DNA of 64,000 bases. It comes from Nitrospirota bacterium. GTDB taxonomy: Bacteria; Nitrospirota; UBA9217. The stretch's first letter is position 1, and each line of letters starts with the position of its first letter. The position numbers were made by a program, and so were the translations under genes. Positions 52,555 to 62,175 of this stretch are shown here, piece by piece. The stretch spans positions 960,001 to 1,024,000 of the forward strand of contig CAVVUN010000015.1 of the NCBI GenBank assembly GCA_963751455.1. The letters run 5' to 3'. The notes under the pieces are model-generated. The model had not been told where the DNA came from, did no database searches, and was given only the letters and a program-made list of their open reading frames with translations.

Positions 52555-54654
52555 ATGCCAGATAGAAAAAACATACTGTCTGTTTCCTCGCAGTACATTC
52601 GCCGCATTATAGACTGGTGGTTTACCAGTATAGCATTCAGGGTCTCCTTCTTCATGTCCGCCGCACTTACCGTCGTCGCTCTCCTGATCGGGGCATTCTT
52701 TTTCTGGCAAGGGGAAAAAGCACTCGACTCGGAGATCCGGGGCAGGGCACTTTATGTTGCAAAAGACGTGTCTGCGTCGAGCGTCGATGATATCCTTACC
52801 GTTAATAAGCTTGAGATTTATAAAAAACTCACCTCTCTCTTCACCGCGAACCAAGATTCTCCCTGGGGAAGCGATCTGCTGTATATCATGGCGTATAACC
52901 ATACCGGGGAATTGCTTATCGGAAGAAGCACTCATGATGTTTTTTTTAATAGTGACTCTTATTTTTACATGCAGCCCTCCAGCGATCGATCCTTTTTAGA
53001 TGATATATCTCTCACTCCGGAAGCGCTCAAAGTCAAAGGCCATATTTTCATAGTTCAAAAACCGGACATCTATGATTTAACGTTTCCGGTTATGACCGGA
53101 AGTGACCGAGTCGGCTTTATTCGTGTCGGGATTTCCGGACAGCGACACTCCGAAAAATTTTCTAACATCATGAAACAAGCACTAATCTCTCTTCTGGTCA
53201 TGCTTCTCATAGGCATGGCATTCAGCCAGATTATTGCCCGCGGCATAACACGGCCGATACTACGCCTGAGCGAGGCTGCAGAAAACCTGAGTCGTCAAAA
53301 TTGGGGCAGCCCGCTGCCTGTGAAAGGCAGAGACGAGATCAGCAAGCTAAGCCACGCTTTTAATCAGATGGCAATGAATCTCAATCAGCGGGAACACAGC
53401 CTGTCGCGCGGAAACAAGGATCTGTTTATTCTTCATACAGCCGGCTTGGACCTTATGGAGAGCCTTGAAATCGATACCCTGCTCCTGAAGATAGGAGCCC
53501 GCGCACAGGATCTGGTAAGGGCCGATACGACGTCGGTAGCGATCGTAGACGGGAATGAACGCGTTTTGAAGTATATAGGGGTATTGGGAAGTAAAGCAAC
53601 GTCGCTTAAGGAGATGAACATGCCGCTCGAGTCTGGCGGTATTTATAATTGGCTTGCCTGTTACGGCACACCGCTTCTCATTGCCGATGCGCAAACCGAT
53701 TTTCGGCTTGAAAAAAGCACTATGGCAGCGCTTGGCATCAATTCTCTCATGACGGTCCCCCTCTGGTCCTCAAACACTATGACCGGCCTTCTTACTGCCG
53801 TAAATAAGAAAGGCGGCGCCTGTTTTGACAAGCATGACCTTCGTCTTTTTACGGTTTTTTCCAATCTTGCCGCGGCTGCACTGCAGAATGCGTCTCTGTA
53901 TACCGATTTAACCGGAAAAATGAACGAGCTCCGAGCCGCCCAAGAACAACTGATTCACTCAACAAAGATGGCTGCAATCGGCGAACTGGCTGCAAACGTT
54001 GCCCATGAAGTCAACAATCCGTTAACGAGCGTGCTTGGTTATACGACGCATCTCCTCAAGACGCTGGATCTTCCCGAATCCGCCAAGCGAATTCTTGGCA
54101 TGATGGAACAAGAGACGCTCAGAGTGAGAAAAATAATCCGTAATCTACTCGATTTTTCTCGCCAGAAAACAGGATGGATGAGACCTTATGATATTCTACT
54201 GCCGTTAAAAGAGACGGTCGCTTTCGTGCAGGGCGCAGCGGCGGCGTCATCGGTCAAAATCACTGAAGACTATTCAGCATGCCCGACAATTGTTACTATG
54301 GACCCAAATGCGATGAAGCAGGTTTTTATCAACATTATTAATAATGCGCTGCAGGCAATGCCCGATGGCGGCGTGCTGTCTGTCCGGGCTACGACCGAAA
54401 ATGACAATCAAGTCGTGATCTCATTCCAGGATACAGGACTGGGAATATTGCCGGAAAATATGAAAAAGATATTTGAGCCTTTTTTCTCGACAAAAGAGAG
54501 CGGAGACGGAACCGGTCTTGGACTTTCGATCAGCTACAGTATTGTAAAAAATCATGGCGGCAGAATTGATGTCGAGAGCAACCTCGGCACCGGCAGCGTA
54601 TTTAAGATCTTTCTACCGCTATTTAAAAATCCGACATATGCGCTTAAACAGTAA
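52555..54654 (+). CDS. Membrane sensor histidine kinase (2 TM, HAMP, GAF, HisKA, HATPase)
   Basis: Intact H-box AHEVNNPL, N-box INNALQAM, DTGLG, FEPFFSTK, GTGLGL. Confidence 0.93.
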   Translation: MPDRKNILSVSSQYIRRIIDWWFTSIAFRVSFFMSAALTVVALLIGAFFFWQGEKALDSEIRGRALYVAKDVSASSVDDILTVNKLEIYKKLTSLFTANQDSPWGSDLLYIMAYNHTGELLIGRSTHDVFFNSDSYFYMQPSSDRSFLDDISLTPEALKVKGHIFIVQKPDIYDLTFPVMTGSDRVGFIRVGISGQRHSEKFSNIMKQALISLLVMLLIGMAFSQIIARGITRPILRLSEAAENLSRQNWGSPLPVKGRDEISKLSHAFNQMAMNLNQREHSLSRGNKDLFILHTAGLDLMESLEIDTLLLKIGARAQDLVRADTTSVAIVDGNERVLKYIGVLGSKATSLKEMNMPLESGGIYNWLACYGTPLLIADAQTDFRLEKSTMAALGINSLMTVPLWSSNTMTGLLTAVNKKGGACFDKHDLRLFTVFSNLAAAALQNASLYTDLTGKMNELRAAQEQLIHSTKMAAIGELAANVAHEVNNPLTSVLGYTTHLLKTLDLPESAKRILGMMEQETLRVRKIIRNLLDFSRQKTGWMRPYDILLPLKETVAFVQGAAAASSVKITEDYSACPTIVTMDPNAMKQVFINIINNALQAMPDGGVLSVRATTENDNQVVISFQDTGLGILPENMKKIFEPFFSTKESGDGTGLGLSISYSIVKNHGGRIDVESNLGTGSVFKIFLPLFKNPTYALKQ

Positions 54655-54695
54655 AGGGCGATGAACACAACGCGTGAGGTAGCTGATATAATGCA

Positions 54696-56132
54696 ATGAA
54701 AAGAAGACTACTGATAGGATTCATTTCCCCGCTGCTTATTTTTTTAATCGGAACTCTTATTGCGGCGATTTATATCACCAAGACCACTCAGCGGATGGAC
54801 CAGTTGATCCTGCTCCACCGTGTTGAGCTTTTGCGGGAAGATCTTATCATCCGTATTCAACATGTGCAATCAAATATTATTCTTAACAAAACGCGAAACC
54901 AGAGTGATGTCGATGCACTTCTCGTCCACATGCAGGAGATCGATAAGGTGATGGATTCTTGCCTCGGTTGCCATCATTCCCCTGAATTGAGCCAAGGCCT
55001 TCACGGAATGCGGGACGTGGCTAACGATTACAAGTCGGCAATCGGCGGGCTGGTTAACGCATCTGTCAAGCCGGTAATGGCCGAGGCACGGGAACGAAGG
55101 GCCCAGTATATGGGACAGGAGCTCATTACCATGGCGCAGGGAATGGCATTTACGGCGAATGTCAGACTCCAGAAAAAGACACAGGAAATGATGGCCACTT
55201 TGCGAGACGTCAGTACTGTTTTGTATGCCACGCTTTTATTTGGTTTTCTTCTTGCAATCGCGATTTCCGCTTTTTTGGCGAAAAGCTTCGACAGAAGAGT
55301 CGAGTCGCTTGTCGCGGCAATCAGGCGAATTTCGCGCGGAGAACTCGAGTATAGAATACCGAAAACGGAGAGTGCGATCAGCGGTTTTCGGGAGCTGGGA
55401 GAGGCATTTAACGAAATGGCCCGCGCATTGCGGCGGGATCAGCGACAATTGGTGCAAAGCGCAAAACTGACCGCGATTGCGGATCTGGGAGCAAGTATCG
55501 CCTATGAAGTCAATCATCCGTTGAACGCAGTTCTCGGCTATACCGGCCACTTATTAAAGTCCGATGATCTCCCAGCCGACAAAAAGGAGCAGCTTAAGAC
55601 CATAGAGCGAGAAACTTTACGGGCAACAGAAATTACCAAGAACCTTCAGAAGTTCGTGAATCGGAAACCGCTTCGTATGCAGAAGGCTGATGTTCGCGCA
55701 ATGATGCGCGAGGTCGTGGAACATGTCAAAAAGCGGCAATTGTCAAATATTAAGTGCATCATGGATTGCGCGGATCCGCTCCTTCCCGTTTCCCTTGACG
55801 CGGACCTCATGAAACAGGTCTTTCTCCATCTGGTTGACAGCAGTTTACGACAGATGCCGAACGGCGGTCTATTAACTATTCGGTGCAAATGCGAACGGGA
55901 TATGTTCGGCAGAGACTTTACGGCAATTGAGTTCACGGACAACGGGGCAGGAATTCCCGATCCTCAATTGGATAAAATATTTGACCCACTGTTCAACACT
56001 CGGCTGGAAGGAGAGGGAACCAGCCTCGCGCTTGCAATGAGTTACCTGATTGTGCAAAACCACGGTGGACGCATAGAAGTAGAAAGCAAAGTGGGCTCGG
56101 GTTCATCATTCCGCGTTATTTTGCCGATGTAA
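54696..56132 (+). CDS. Histidine kinase-like sensor with periplasmic CxxCH and degenerate catalytic boxes (pseudokinase)
   Basis: CLGCH between two TM helices; HAMP; H-box AYEVNHPL; N-box VDSSLRQM; G2 GTSLAL. Confidence 0.85.
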   Translation: MKRRLLIGFISPLLIFLIGTLIAAIYITKTTQRMDQLILLHRVELLREDLIIRIQHVQSNIILNKTRNQSDVDALLVHMQEIDKVMDSCLGCHHSPELSQGLHGMRDVANDYKSAIGGLVNASVKPVMAEARERRAQYMGQELITMAQGMAFTANVRLQKKTQEMMATLRDVSTVLYATLLFGFLLAIAISAFLAKSFDRRVESLVAAIRRISRGELEYRIPKTESAISGFRELGEAFNEMARALRRDQRQLVQSAKLTAIADLGASIAYEVNHPLNAVLGYTGHLLKSDDLPADKKEQLKTIERETLRATEITKNLQKFVNRKPLRMQKADVRAMMREVVEHVKKRQLSNIKCIMDCADPLLPVSLDADLMKQVFLHLVDSSLRQMPNGGLLTIRCKCERDMFGRDFTAIEFTDNGAGIPDPQLDKIFDPLFNTRLEGEGTSLALAMSYLIVQNHGGRIEVESKVGSGSSFRVILPM

Positions 56133-56216
56133 CAACAGAGGTACGGATATTTAAACGTATTTCGAGGACGAGCATGTTCCGGCTTTGTCGGAGAAAGAAA
56201 AGAGTGAGGGGCAGTC

Positions 56217-57734
56217 ATGGCTAGCGAAAAAATACTTGTTGTAGATGACGAGGAAATGATCAGAGACCTATGCAGTCATATTTTGACTGCGGAAGGATAC
56301 CAGGTCACCATAGTTTCAAACGGAGCTGCGGCGCTCGAAGAACTGAGCCGTCACGATATGGATCTTCTTATCACGGATATCAAAATGCCGGGTATGGACG
56401 GACTTGAGTTATTTGAACGGGTCAAACAGCTAAACCAGGACATAGTAACAATATTCATAACCGGCCACGGGACCCTGGACACTGCGATCGAGTCCCTTAT
56501 GCGCGGTGTGGACGGATTCGTACTGAAGCCATTTACGCAGGAAGAAATCCTGGCAGCAGTGGAACGTGCCATAACGCGAAGCAGACTTCAGAATGAAAAT
56601 ATCCGGCTCAAGGCCTTGATCCCTCTCTTCGAAATCAGTAAACTGCTTGTCACTGAAATTGATCTGGCCCATCTTTTCAAGATCATTACCGAGGTCCTTG
56701 TTCAAGAGTTTTCTGTGGACCGGGTATCTTTAATGCTTGTGGACGAGGCTAGCGGAGATCTCATCATACGTGCTTCTCACGGGCTGCCGGCGGAATTGGC
56801 TATGAAATCCCGCCGGAAACCCGGACAGGGAGTATCGGGTCTGGTACTCAAGAACAGGAAACCGCTTATTATATCAGCAGGAAAACATCCGGCGCCCGAT
56901 GTAATGGCGGCCATCAACGTCGAAGATATGCCGGTATCCTCTATGTCGGTGCCGCTCATCGGGAAAAACAAGGTGTTCGGCGTATTGAATGTGAGTAAAT
57001 ATACCGGTTCGCCGTTCAGCGCAAGCGATCTCCAGATAGTACTTATTCTGTCAAGTCAGGTAGTGACTGCCATGGAGAACGCGGCGCTCTATGAAGATTT
57101 ACGCGAGAATTATTTCCGCACCGTTCAGGCGCTCGTAGCGGCCGTCGAAGCAAAGGATCCGTACACCCGCTGGCATTCCACAAATGTCGCAAAGTACGCT
57201 GTGGCGATTGCGCGCGATCTGGGAATGAGCCCGACTCAACTTGAGGAAATGCATATTGCGGCGATTCTCCATGATGTCGGAAAAATCGGTATCAGCGAGG
57301 TGATCATCAGCAAACCTGACCGGTTGAGCCGCGAGGAATTCGACATTATGAAGGATCACCCTGCTCACGGCATACGAATTCTGGAGCCGATCGGATTCTC
57401 CACAGCCATAATTAACGCCATATATCAGCATCACGAACGTTACGACGGGAAAGGATACCCGAGAGGCCTGGCCGGGGAGGAGATCAGTCTTGCAGCACGA
57501 GTTCTCAACGTTGCCGATACCATTGACGCTATGGTCTCCGAACGGCCATATCGCGGTACAATATCGAGCATGGAGGTTCTCGCGGAACTCGAGCGGGAAT
57601 CCGGAGGACAGTTTGATCCGAAGGTGACAGAATCGGCGAGAAGACTGATAGAAAAAGGTCTGCTTAAGCTGGGGATGCGCACGTATTACCAATATACAGC
57701 AGGCACCGATAAAGAGGGGAAAAAGGCGCAGTAA
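56217..57734 (+). CDS. REC-GAF-HD-GYP response regulator, c-di-GMP phosphodiesterase
   Basis: VVDDE and TDIKMPGMDG receiver; GAF; HDVGK, HHERYDGKGYP. Confidence 0.93.
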   Translation: MASEKILVVDDEEMIRDLCSHILTAEGYQVTIVSNGAAALEELSRHDMDLLITDIKMPGMDGLELFERVKQLNQDIVTIFITGHGTLDTAIESLMRGVDGFVLKPFTQEEILAAVERAITRSRLQNENIRLKALIPLFEISKLLVTEIDLAHLFKIITEVLVQEFSVDRVSLMLVDEASGDLIIRASHGLPAELAMKSRRKPGQGVSGLVLKNRKPLIISAGKHPAPDVMAAINVEDMPVSSMSVPLIGKNKVFGVLNVSKYTGSPFSASDLQIVLILSSQVVTAMENAALYEDLRENYFRTVQALVAAVEAKDPYTRWHSTNVAKYAVAIARDLGMSPTQLEEMHIAAILHDVGKIGISEVIISKPDRLSREEFDIMKDHPAHGIRILEPIGFSTAIINAIYQHHERYDGKGYPRGLAGEEISLAARVLNVADTIDAMVSERPYRGTISSMEVLAELERESGGQFDPKVTESARRLIEKGLLKLGMRTYYQYTAGTDKEGKKAQ

Positions 57735-57778
57735 CATGAGAAGCCGGAATCGCAGACTGTTGGAATTATAAAGGCAGC

Positions 57779-58369
57779 TTATTGTCTGACTTTGATCTTG
57801 ACACGTTCGTCCAGCGTAAACAGCACCTTCTGTTTAAATTTTTTTCCCGTAAGCGAGAGAACGAGTAGGAACGCGACGGAAAAGCCCAAGGAATTGAAAA
57901 TGACGTCATGATTTCCAATCAGGTTGGCGAGAACCATACCAGGCAGTATGATCGTAGCCAGGAGCCAGCCTTCCCAATATCCACAATAGTATGCTTCTTT
58001 GCCTGCCATTCCAGCCGCTCCAGCGCAAACTAAACCGATCCCGACTAGCAGCAGTGTTCCAACGTACTGCTCCGGACCATAAAAATATGCGGTCGTTTGA
58101 ATTATCAAGCCTGATATAACCGTGCAAACAATACATATCTTTATTGGACGCATCCAGACGAGAAGATAAAGGGCTGAAAGCAGTACGCCGAGCTCGAAAA
58201 GCATAATACCTGCAGTATAAAAAGCGTTTTGCAGAGGATAGAGTATTGCGAGAACGGCTGCTCCAAGAACTTGTATGGCGAGCCCTGACCGGTACAATAT
58301 GTCGTGTCGTCGACAGTATTTAAGGCCGGCCATCGCAATTTGTTCTTCGAGGCTTGGTTTTGTGGTCAT
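57779..58369 (-). CDS. Integral membrane protein, DUF2301-like
   Basis: About 6 hydrophobic segments; LYRSGL and GMAGKEAYYC recalled as DUF2301-like motifs. Confidence 0.65.
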   Translation of the reverse strand: MTTKPSLEEQIAMAGLKYCRRHDILYRSGLAIQVLGAAVLAILYPLQNAFYTAGIMLFELGVLLSALYLLVWMRPIKICIVCTVISGLIIQTTAYFYGPEQYVGTLLLVGIGLVCAGAAGMAGKEAYYCGYWEGWLLATIILPGMVLANLIGNHDVIFNSLGFSVAFLLVLSLTGKKFKQKVLFTLDERVKIKVRQ

Positions 58370-58556
58370 CAGCCTTTATAGCATGAGTTCATTTTGAATG
58401 CAATAAGAACAAAAAGTATCGCGGCAAAATTACGTATAGCAAAACGACAGCCATTCAAAATCTCTTCCTCCTTGCAACGTGATGTCTTCTAATTCCAGTT
58501 TCGATAAATAGCAACAAGAGTAATGATTCTAATTAATCAAAGAAAAAAATTCTTTC

Positions 58557-58585
58557 TTGACTTGGATATACGACTTTGGTATATT
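58557..58585 (+). promoter_or_regulatory. sigma70 promoter with extended -10, about 450 nt upstream of the porin
   Basis: TTGACT-N17-TATATT preceded by TGn. Confidence 0.7.
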
Positions 58586-58637
58586 CTGCGTAATGTTTTA
58601 AAGACTTCTTTTTCAAATTAAATCCTGTCTCTTTTTT

Positions 58638-58911
58638 GATACATCGTGAAGTAGGCAACTCGTTAACAGCGACAAGTAATAGTGGTAGATTCGGTGTTTA
58701 TTAATCTATGAGAAAACCCACTATAAGCTCACGATATCGCAGTTTTTACTCACCTTACAGTCACGCCGGCATTTCTCAGCGCGTTTTCGCCGACAAATAC
58801 ATCACCATCAATAGTCACCGTTTAAAACCGGAAATTCACATGACCTGCTGTTTACCGTTTCATGTATACACGGTTTGCCTATCCAAGTGGTAATGAAAGG
58901 AGGGATGTATT
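58638..58911 (+). ncRNA. Candidate structured leader RNA / ncRNA of unknown family
   Basis: Several local stems plus five nested long-range complementary segments (see findings); downstream of a good promoter. Confidence 0.5.
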
Positions 58912-59035
58912 AAATCTCTTTGATCTTCTCGGCAAAACAGAGCAACTGCAGCATCGTTTCAAAGCTAGAGCATATCCGGAAGTTTGAACATGTTTCGGAT
59001 GGTCCGGAACAAAACTACATTAGGGAGGATAAACG

Positions 59036-60316
59036 ATGAAGAAGTTTGTTGTTTTACTCGTAGTTGTGGCTTTGACTTTTATCAGCGCAATAGCATATGC
59101 CGCAGATGTGACGGTTGGCGGAACGGTACAGATCCGGAGCAGGAATTTCGACACTATGTCTTTCGATGAAAAGGTCGTAACCAAGGACGAAAAAGACACG
59201 CAGGAAAGAATCCAGATGGACATCAATGCCAAAGCAGGAGATGTTAAAGGCAAGATCGCGATCTGGAACGATTTCGATACGTGGGGAAGATTTGAAGCAG
59301 TGCAGGGCATTGCATCGGGAACAACAGTAACGACTACAGCGGGTGATTCCACACAGACGTACAACAATAACAAGATCGGCATCCGCGAGGCATGGGTCAA
59401 TTTCAACGTGCCGGGGCTCCCGATTAACGTGACTGCCGGTCATCAGCTCCTGAAGCTTGCCAACGGCTTTTTCGTCAGTTCGATGCATTTCGGTTCCGAT
59501 GCATGGGTAATAGCGAACCAGACGGGAAACAACACTTTTGCTGTTGTTAACGGGAAAATCGCTGAGAACACGACGAGCCTTTCAGACGACCAGGATCTTT
59601 ATACTATCCTCGATGTCTTTAAGCTTAGCGACAATGCGACGATCGGCGTTGATTTTTCTAACGTCAAAGATCGTTCGGGCGCGGACCAGGTGGACCTGAT
59701 GAATGTCGGTATCAATTTTAACGGTAAAATCGGCCCGGTTGCACTTAAAGCCCAGTTCGATCAGAACATGGGAGACAAAACGACCGGAGGGACCGTAAAG
59801 CAGGACTTTACCGGTAATGAAATCGTAGTCCAGGGCAAAGTTCCGATCGCGCCCGTTACGCTCAACTTCACGTTTGCAATGGGTTCCGGCCAGGACACTT
59901 CCAGCGACGTTACCCTGTTCCAGAACTTCCTGGATGTTGATCCGCATGTCGCCTTTATGTATGAGTATAAGATACCGACAGCAGCCGGAAGGAAAAACAC
60001 AGGCTTCGCGAACACGACGGCTATCGGCGTGGGAGCAACCATGGCGGCATCCAGCAGCGTGACCGTAGGCGCTGATCTCTGGCTGTTAAGCGCCTCTGAA
60101 AAAGTGAATGTAACTCAAACCGGCAGAGCTGCAGGTGCGGTCTCCGATGATGTGGGCACGGAAATAGACTTGGCCGTTAATTGGAAAGTGGCCGAGAACC
60201 TGACCTGGAACTGGAACGTCGGCTACTTTATGCCTGGCGATGCGTATCTTGATGCGACCGGCGCAGGCGACGATGCCGCTACCGGTATTACGGGCATCCT
60301 CGCGTTCAAGTTCTAA
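59036..60316 (+). CDS. Outer-membrane beta-barrel porin (OmpJ/alginate-export-like)
   Basis: Signal peptide ending AYA; alternating beta-strand pattern; C-terminal ILAFKF; RBS GGGAGG; strong terminator. Confidence 0.85.
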   Translation: MKKFVVLLVVVALTFISAIAYAADVTVGGTVQIRSRNFDTMSFDEKVVTKDEKDTQERIQMDINAKAGDVKGKIAIWNDFDTWGRFEAVQGIASGTTVTTTAGDSTQTYNNNKIGIREAWVNFNVPGLPINVTAGHQLLKLANGFFVSSMHFGSDAWVIANQTGNNTFAVVNGKIAENTTSLSDDQDLYTILDVFKLSDNATIGVDFSNVKDRSGADQVDLMNVGINFNGKIGPVALKAQFDQNMGDKTTGGTVKQDFTGNEIVVQGKVPIAPVTLNFTFAMGSGQDTSSDVTLFQNFLDVDPHVAFMYEYKIPTAAGRKNTGFANTTAIGVGATMAASSSVTVGADLWLLSASEKVNVTQTGRAAGAVSDDVGTEIDLAVNWKVAENLTWNWNVGYFMPGDAYLDATGAGDDAATGITGILAFKF

Positions 60317-60359
60317 ATCACAATTGCGTGCCGGGTTTTATCCGGTACAATAAGAAGTA

Positions 60360-60398
60360 AAAAAATCCCCGGGGGCCAAGCTTCCGGGGATTTTTTTT
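60360..60398. terminator. Bidirectional intrinsic terminator
   Basis: AAAAAATCCCCGG ... CCGGGGATTTTTTT between convergent porin and folD. Confidence 0.9.
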
Positions 60399-60443
60399 GT
60401 TGAGTATGTCGTTTATTGTTTATTTCAGAATGTCGGCCACATG

Positions 60444-61295
60444 TTAAGGATTTTGCAGCTTGGCTGCCTTGACTACATGCTTTAACAATACGCGAGTCGT
60501 GACGGTTCCCACTCCGCCGGGTACCGGCGTGATCGCGCCCGCCACTTCCTTCGCCGGATCGGTATCCACATCCCCGAATAGTTTGTCTCCTTCGACATTG
60601 ATGCCGACGTCCATTACCGTCGCGCCTGGTTTTATGTAGTTTGTTTTTATCATCTTTGCTTTGCCGATAGCTGCTACAAGGATGTCTGCGCGCTTGCAAA
60701 CACCCGGAAGATCGGTCGTCTTTGAATGGCAGACGGTAACTGTTGCATTCTCGCCAAGGAGCAGCATGGACATGGGTTTGCCTACAACCATGGATCTGCC
60801 GATAATTACCGCCTCTTTGCCGCTCATCGGAATCTGGTAGAACCGCAGTATTTCCATGACCGCCTGTGGTGTGGCAGGCGGAAATCCCGTCATGTCGCCC
60901 GCCATGATCTTGCCCGCATTCACCGGATTGAAGCAGTCGACGTCTTTATCCGGCGAGAGCACGTATTTTACCACGTCCTCCCTGATCTGCTTTGGGAACG
61001 GCCTCATGACTATGATGCCATTGATGCTCTTGTCGGCGTTCCTTTTCTGCAGTATATTTACGAATTCGTCCTGGCTCGTCGTTCCGGGCAGCTGCTCGAT
61101 GTCACAGGCGATACCGTTCTTTTCCGCCATCTTCTTTGCACTGTTTGCATACGCAAGCGAATCGGGTGCCTCGCCGACGATCATGATCTTAAGTGCCGGA
61201 TTGATGCCCTTGGCTTTGAGTTCCTGGACGTCTTTCTGGATGTCCTGATCCATTTTTTGAGCCACTTCTTTACCGGTCAGTAGTTTTGCAGACAT
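60444..61295 (-). CDS. folD: Methylenetetrahydrofolate dehydrogenase FolD, probably monofunctional
   Basis: PDKDVD, PATP, GRSMVVGKP, TVCHSKT, TPVPGGVG; YxxxK reads YANSA and VQLP reads VMRP. Confidence 0.92.
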   Translation of the reverse strand: MSAKLLTGKEVAQKMDQDIQKDVQELKAKGINPALKIMIVGEAPDSLAYANSAKKMAEKNGIACDIEQLPGTTSQDEFVNILQKRNADKSINGIIVMRPFPKQIREDVVKYVLSPDKDVDCFNPVNAGKIMAGDMTGFPPATPQAVMEILRFYQIPMSGKEAVIIGRSMVVGKPMSMLLLGENATVTVCHSKTTDLPGVCKRADILVAAIGKAKMIKTNYIKPGATVMDVGINVEGDKLFGDVDTDPAKEVAGAITPVPGGVGTVTTRVLLKHVVKAAKLQNP

Positions 61296-61331
61296 GTTTT
61301 CTCCCGTTATTTATTATTTTTTTGTGGACCG

Positions 61332-61366
61332 AGGCAACCGCGTTGCCGTGATTCACGCCGACTTGG
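61332..61366. repeat. Twin small hairpins between fchA and folD
   Basis: GGCAAC-CGC-GTTGCC and GCCGAC-TTG-GTCGGC. Confidence 0.5.
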
Positions 61367-61381
61367 TCGGCTCGCTCCATA

Positions 61382-62008
61382 TCATCCCATCTTCTTGTAC
61401 GTCGTTTCCATGACGGTCTTCTCAAGTGCCGCAACCTGTTTCAGAACATCTTGCATCTTCGACCAGGTCTCCTTGTTGTATGCTTCATCCTTGATGCTGT
61501 TGACGTTGATCTTGACGTTGAGCGCAGCGCTCTGCGCGCATGCCTGTGCAAGGAGAACCGCAACTCCCGCGTCGCTTACAGCGCCGACATTCCCGATCTC
61601 GGCCGCACGCTCCGCAAGTTTTGCGACTTCAAGCGATTTCAAGCCGATCTCGAATGGCACCTGGCAAGCCTTTTTGAGCGCTTCCTGCATTTTTGCAGTT
61701 CGTGCCGCTTTTTCTGCATCGGTGTTTTTCGGCATTTTATACACATCCGACAGGCCGCCGTAGACTTCCGTGTCCTTTTGAATAAGGTCTTGCATTTCTG
61801 CCCTGAGTTTCTCCGACTCCTTCAGAAGCGCCTCTACCTGGGGCTGCACATCCTTGTATTTTTCCTTTCCCAGCGTCAGGTTTGAGACCATGCTGACGAG
61901 GGCCGCGCCAAGGGACCCGGTAAGCGCGGCCACACTGCCGCCGCCCGGCTCCGGAGATTTGCTCGCGAGTTTATCCATAAAATGCCGCAACGGCTGATCT
62001 ATATACAT
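61382..62008 (-). CDS. fchA: Cyclodeaminase/cyclohydrolase family (methenyl-THF cyclohydrolase FchA-like)
   Basis: LASKSPEPGGGSVAAL, MVSNLTLGK, GNVGAVSDAGV, LNVKIN; ATG 62008 after GGGAGGA. Confidence 0.85.
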   Translation of the reverse strand: MYIDQPLRHFMDKLASKSPEPGGGSVAALTGSLGAALVSMVSNLTLGKEKYKDVQPQVEALLKESEKLRAEMQDLIQKDTEVYGGLSDVYKMPKNTDAEKAARTAKMQEALKKACQVPFEIGLKSLEVAKLAERAAEIGNVGAVSDAGVAVLLAQACAQSAALNVKINVNSIKDEAYNKETWSKMQDVLKQVAALEKTVMETTYKKMG

Positions 62009-62175
62009 CAGAATCCTCCCCATTGTCAGTAATAAAAACAAAATCATAATGAAGTTACGGTTAATTGTCAATGAAAAAAGGCGAATACAAAATGAGAATA
62101 TGCTGAACTGCATAACAGTCAGGATTTAAAAAATATAAAATCGGAAAATCGCAGGAGAGAGCATGAACATGCTTT

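Noticed and set aside
58708-58893. 61-aa ORF in the porin leader
   Set aside because: No RBS, no recognisable motif, and it overlaps the predicted RNA stems
58931-59010. c-di-GMP-I (GEMM) riboswitch suggested by GGCAAAAC...CAAAGCTA
   Set aside because: The GNRA-capped stem, GACGCAAA spacing and closing stem do not fit; needs an Infernal test
10539-62113. Upstream-extended starts in the ORF track (phaE, phaB, phaA, rplJ, rplC, rpsN, rpmD, rpmJ, fchA, also sdhB)
   Set aside because: Downstream starts have clear SD sequences and match family N-termini; several extensions run through repeats
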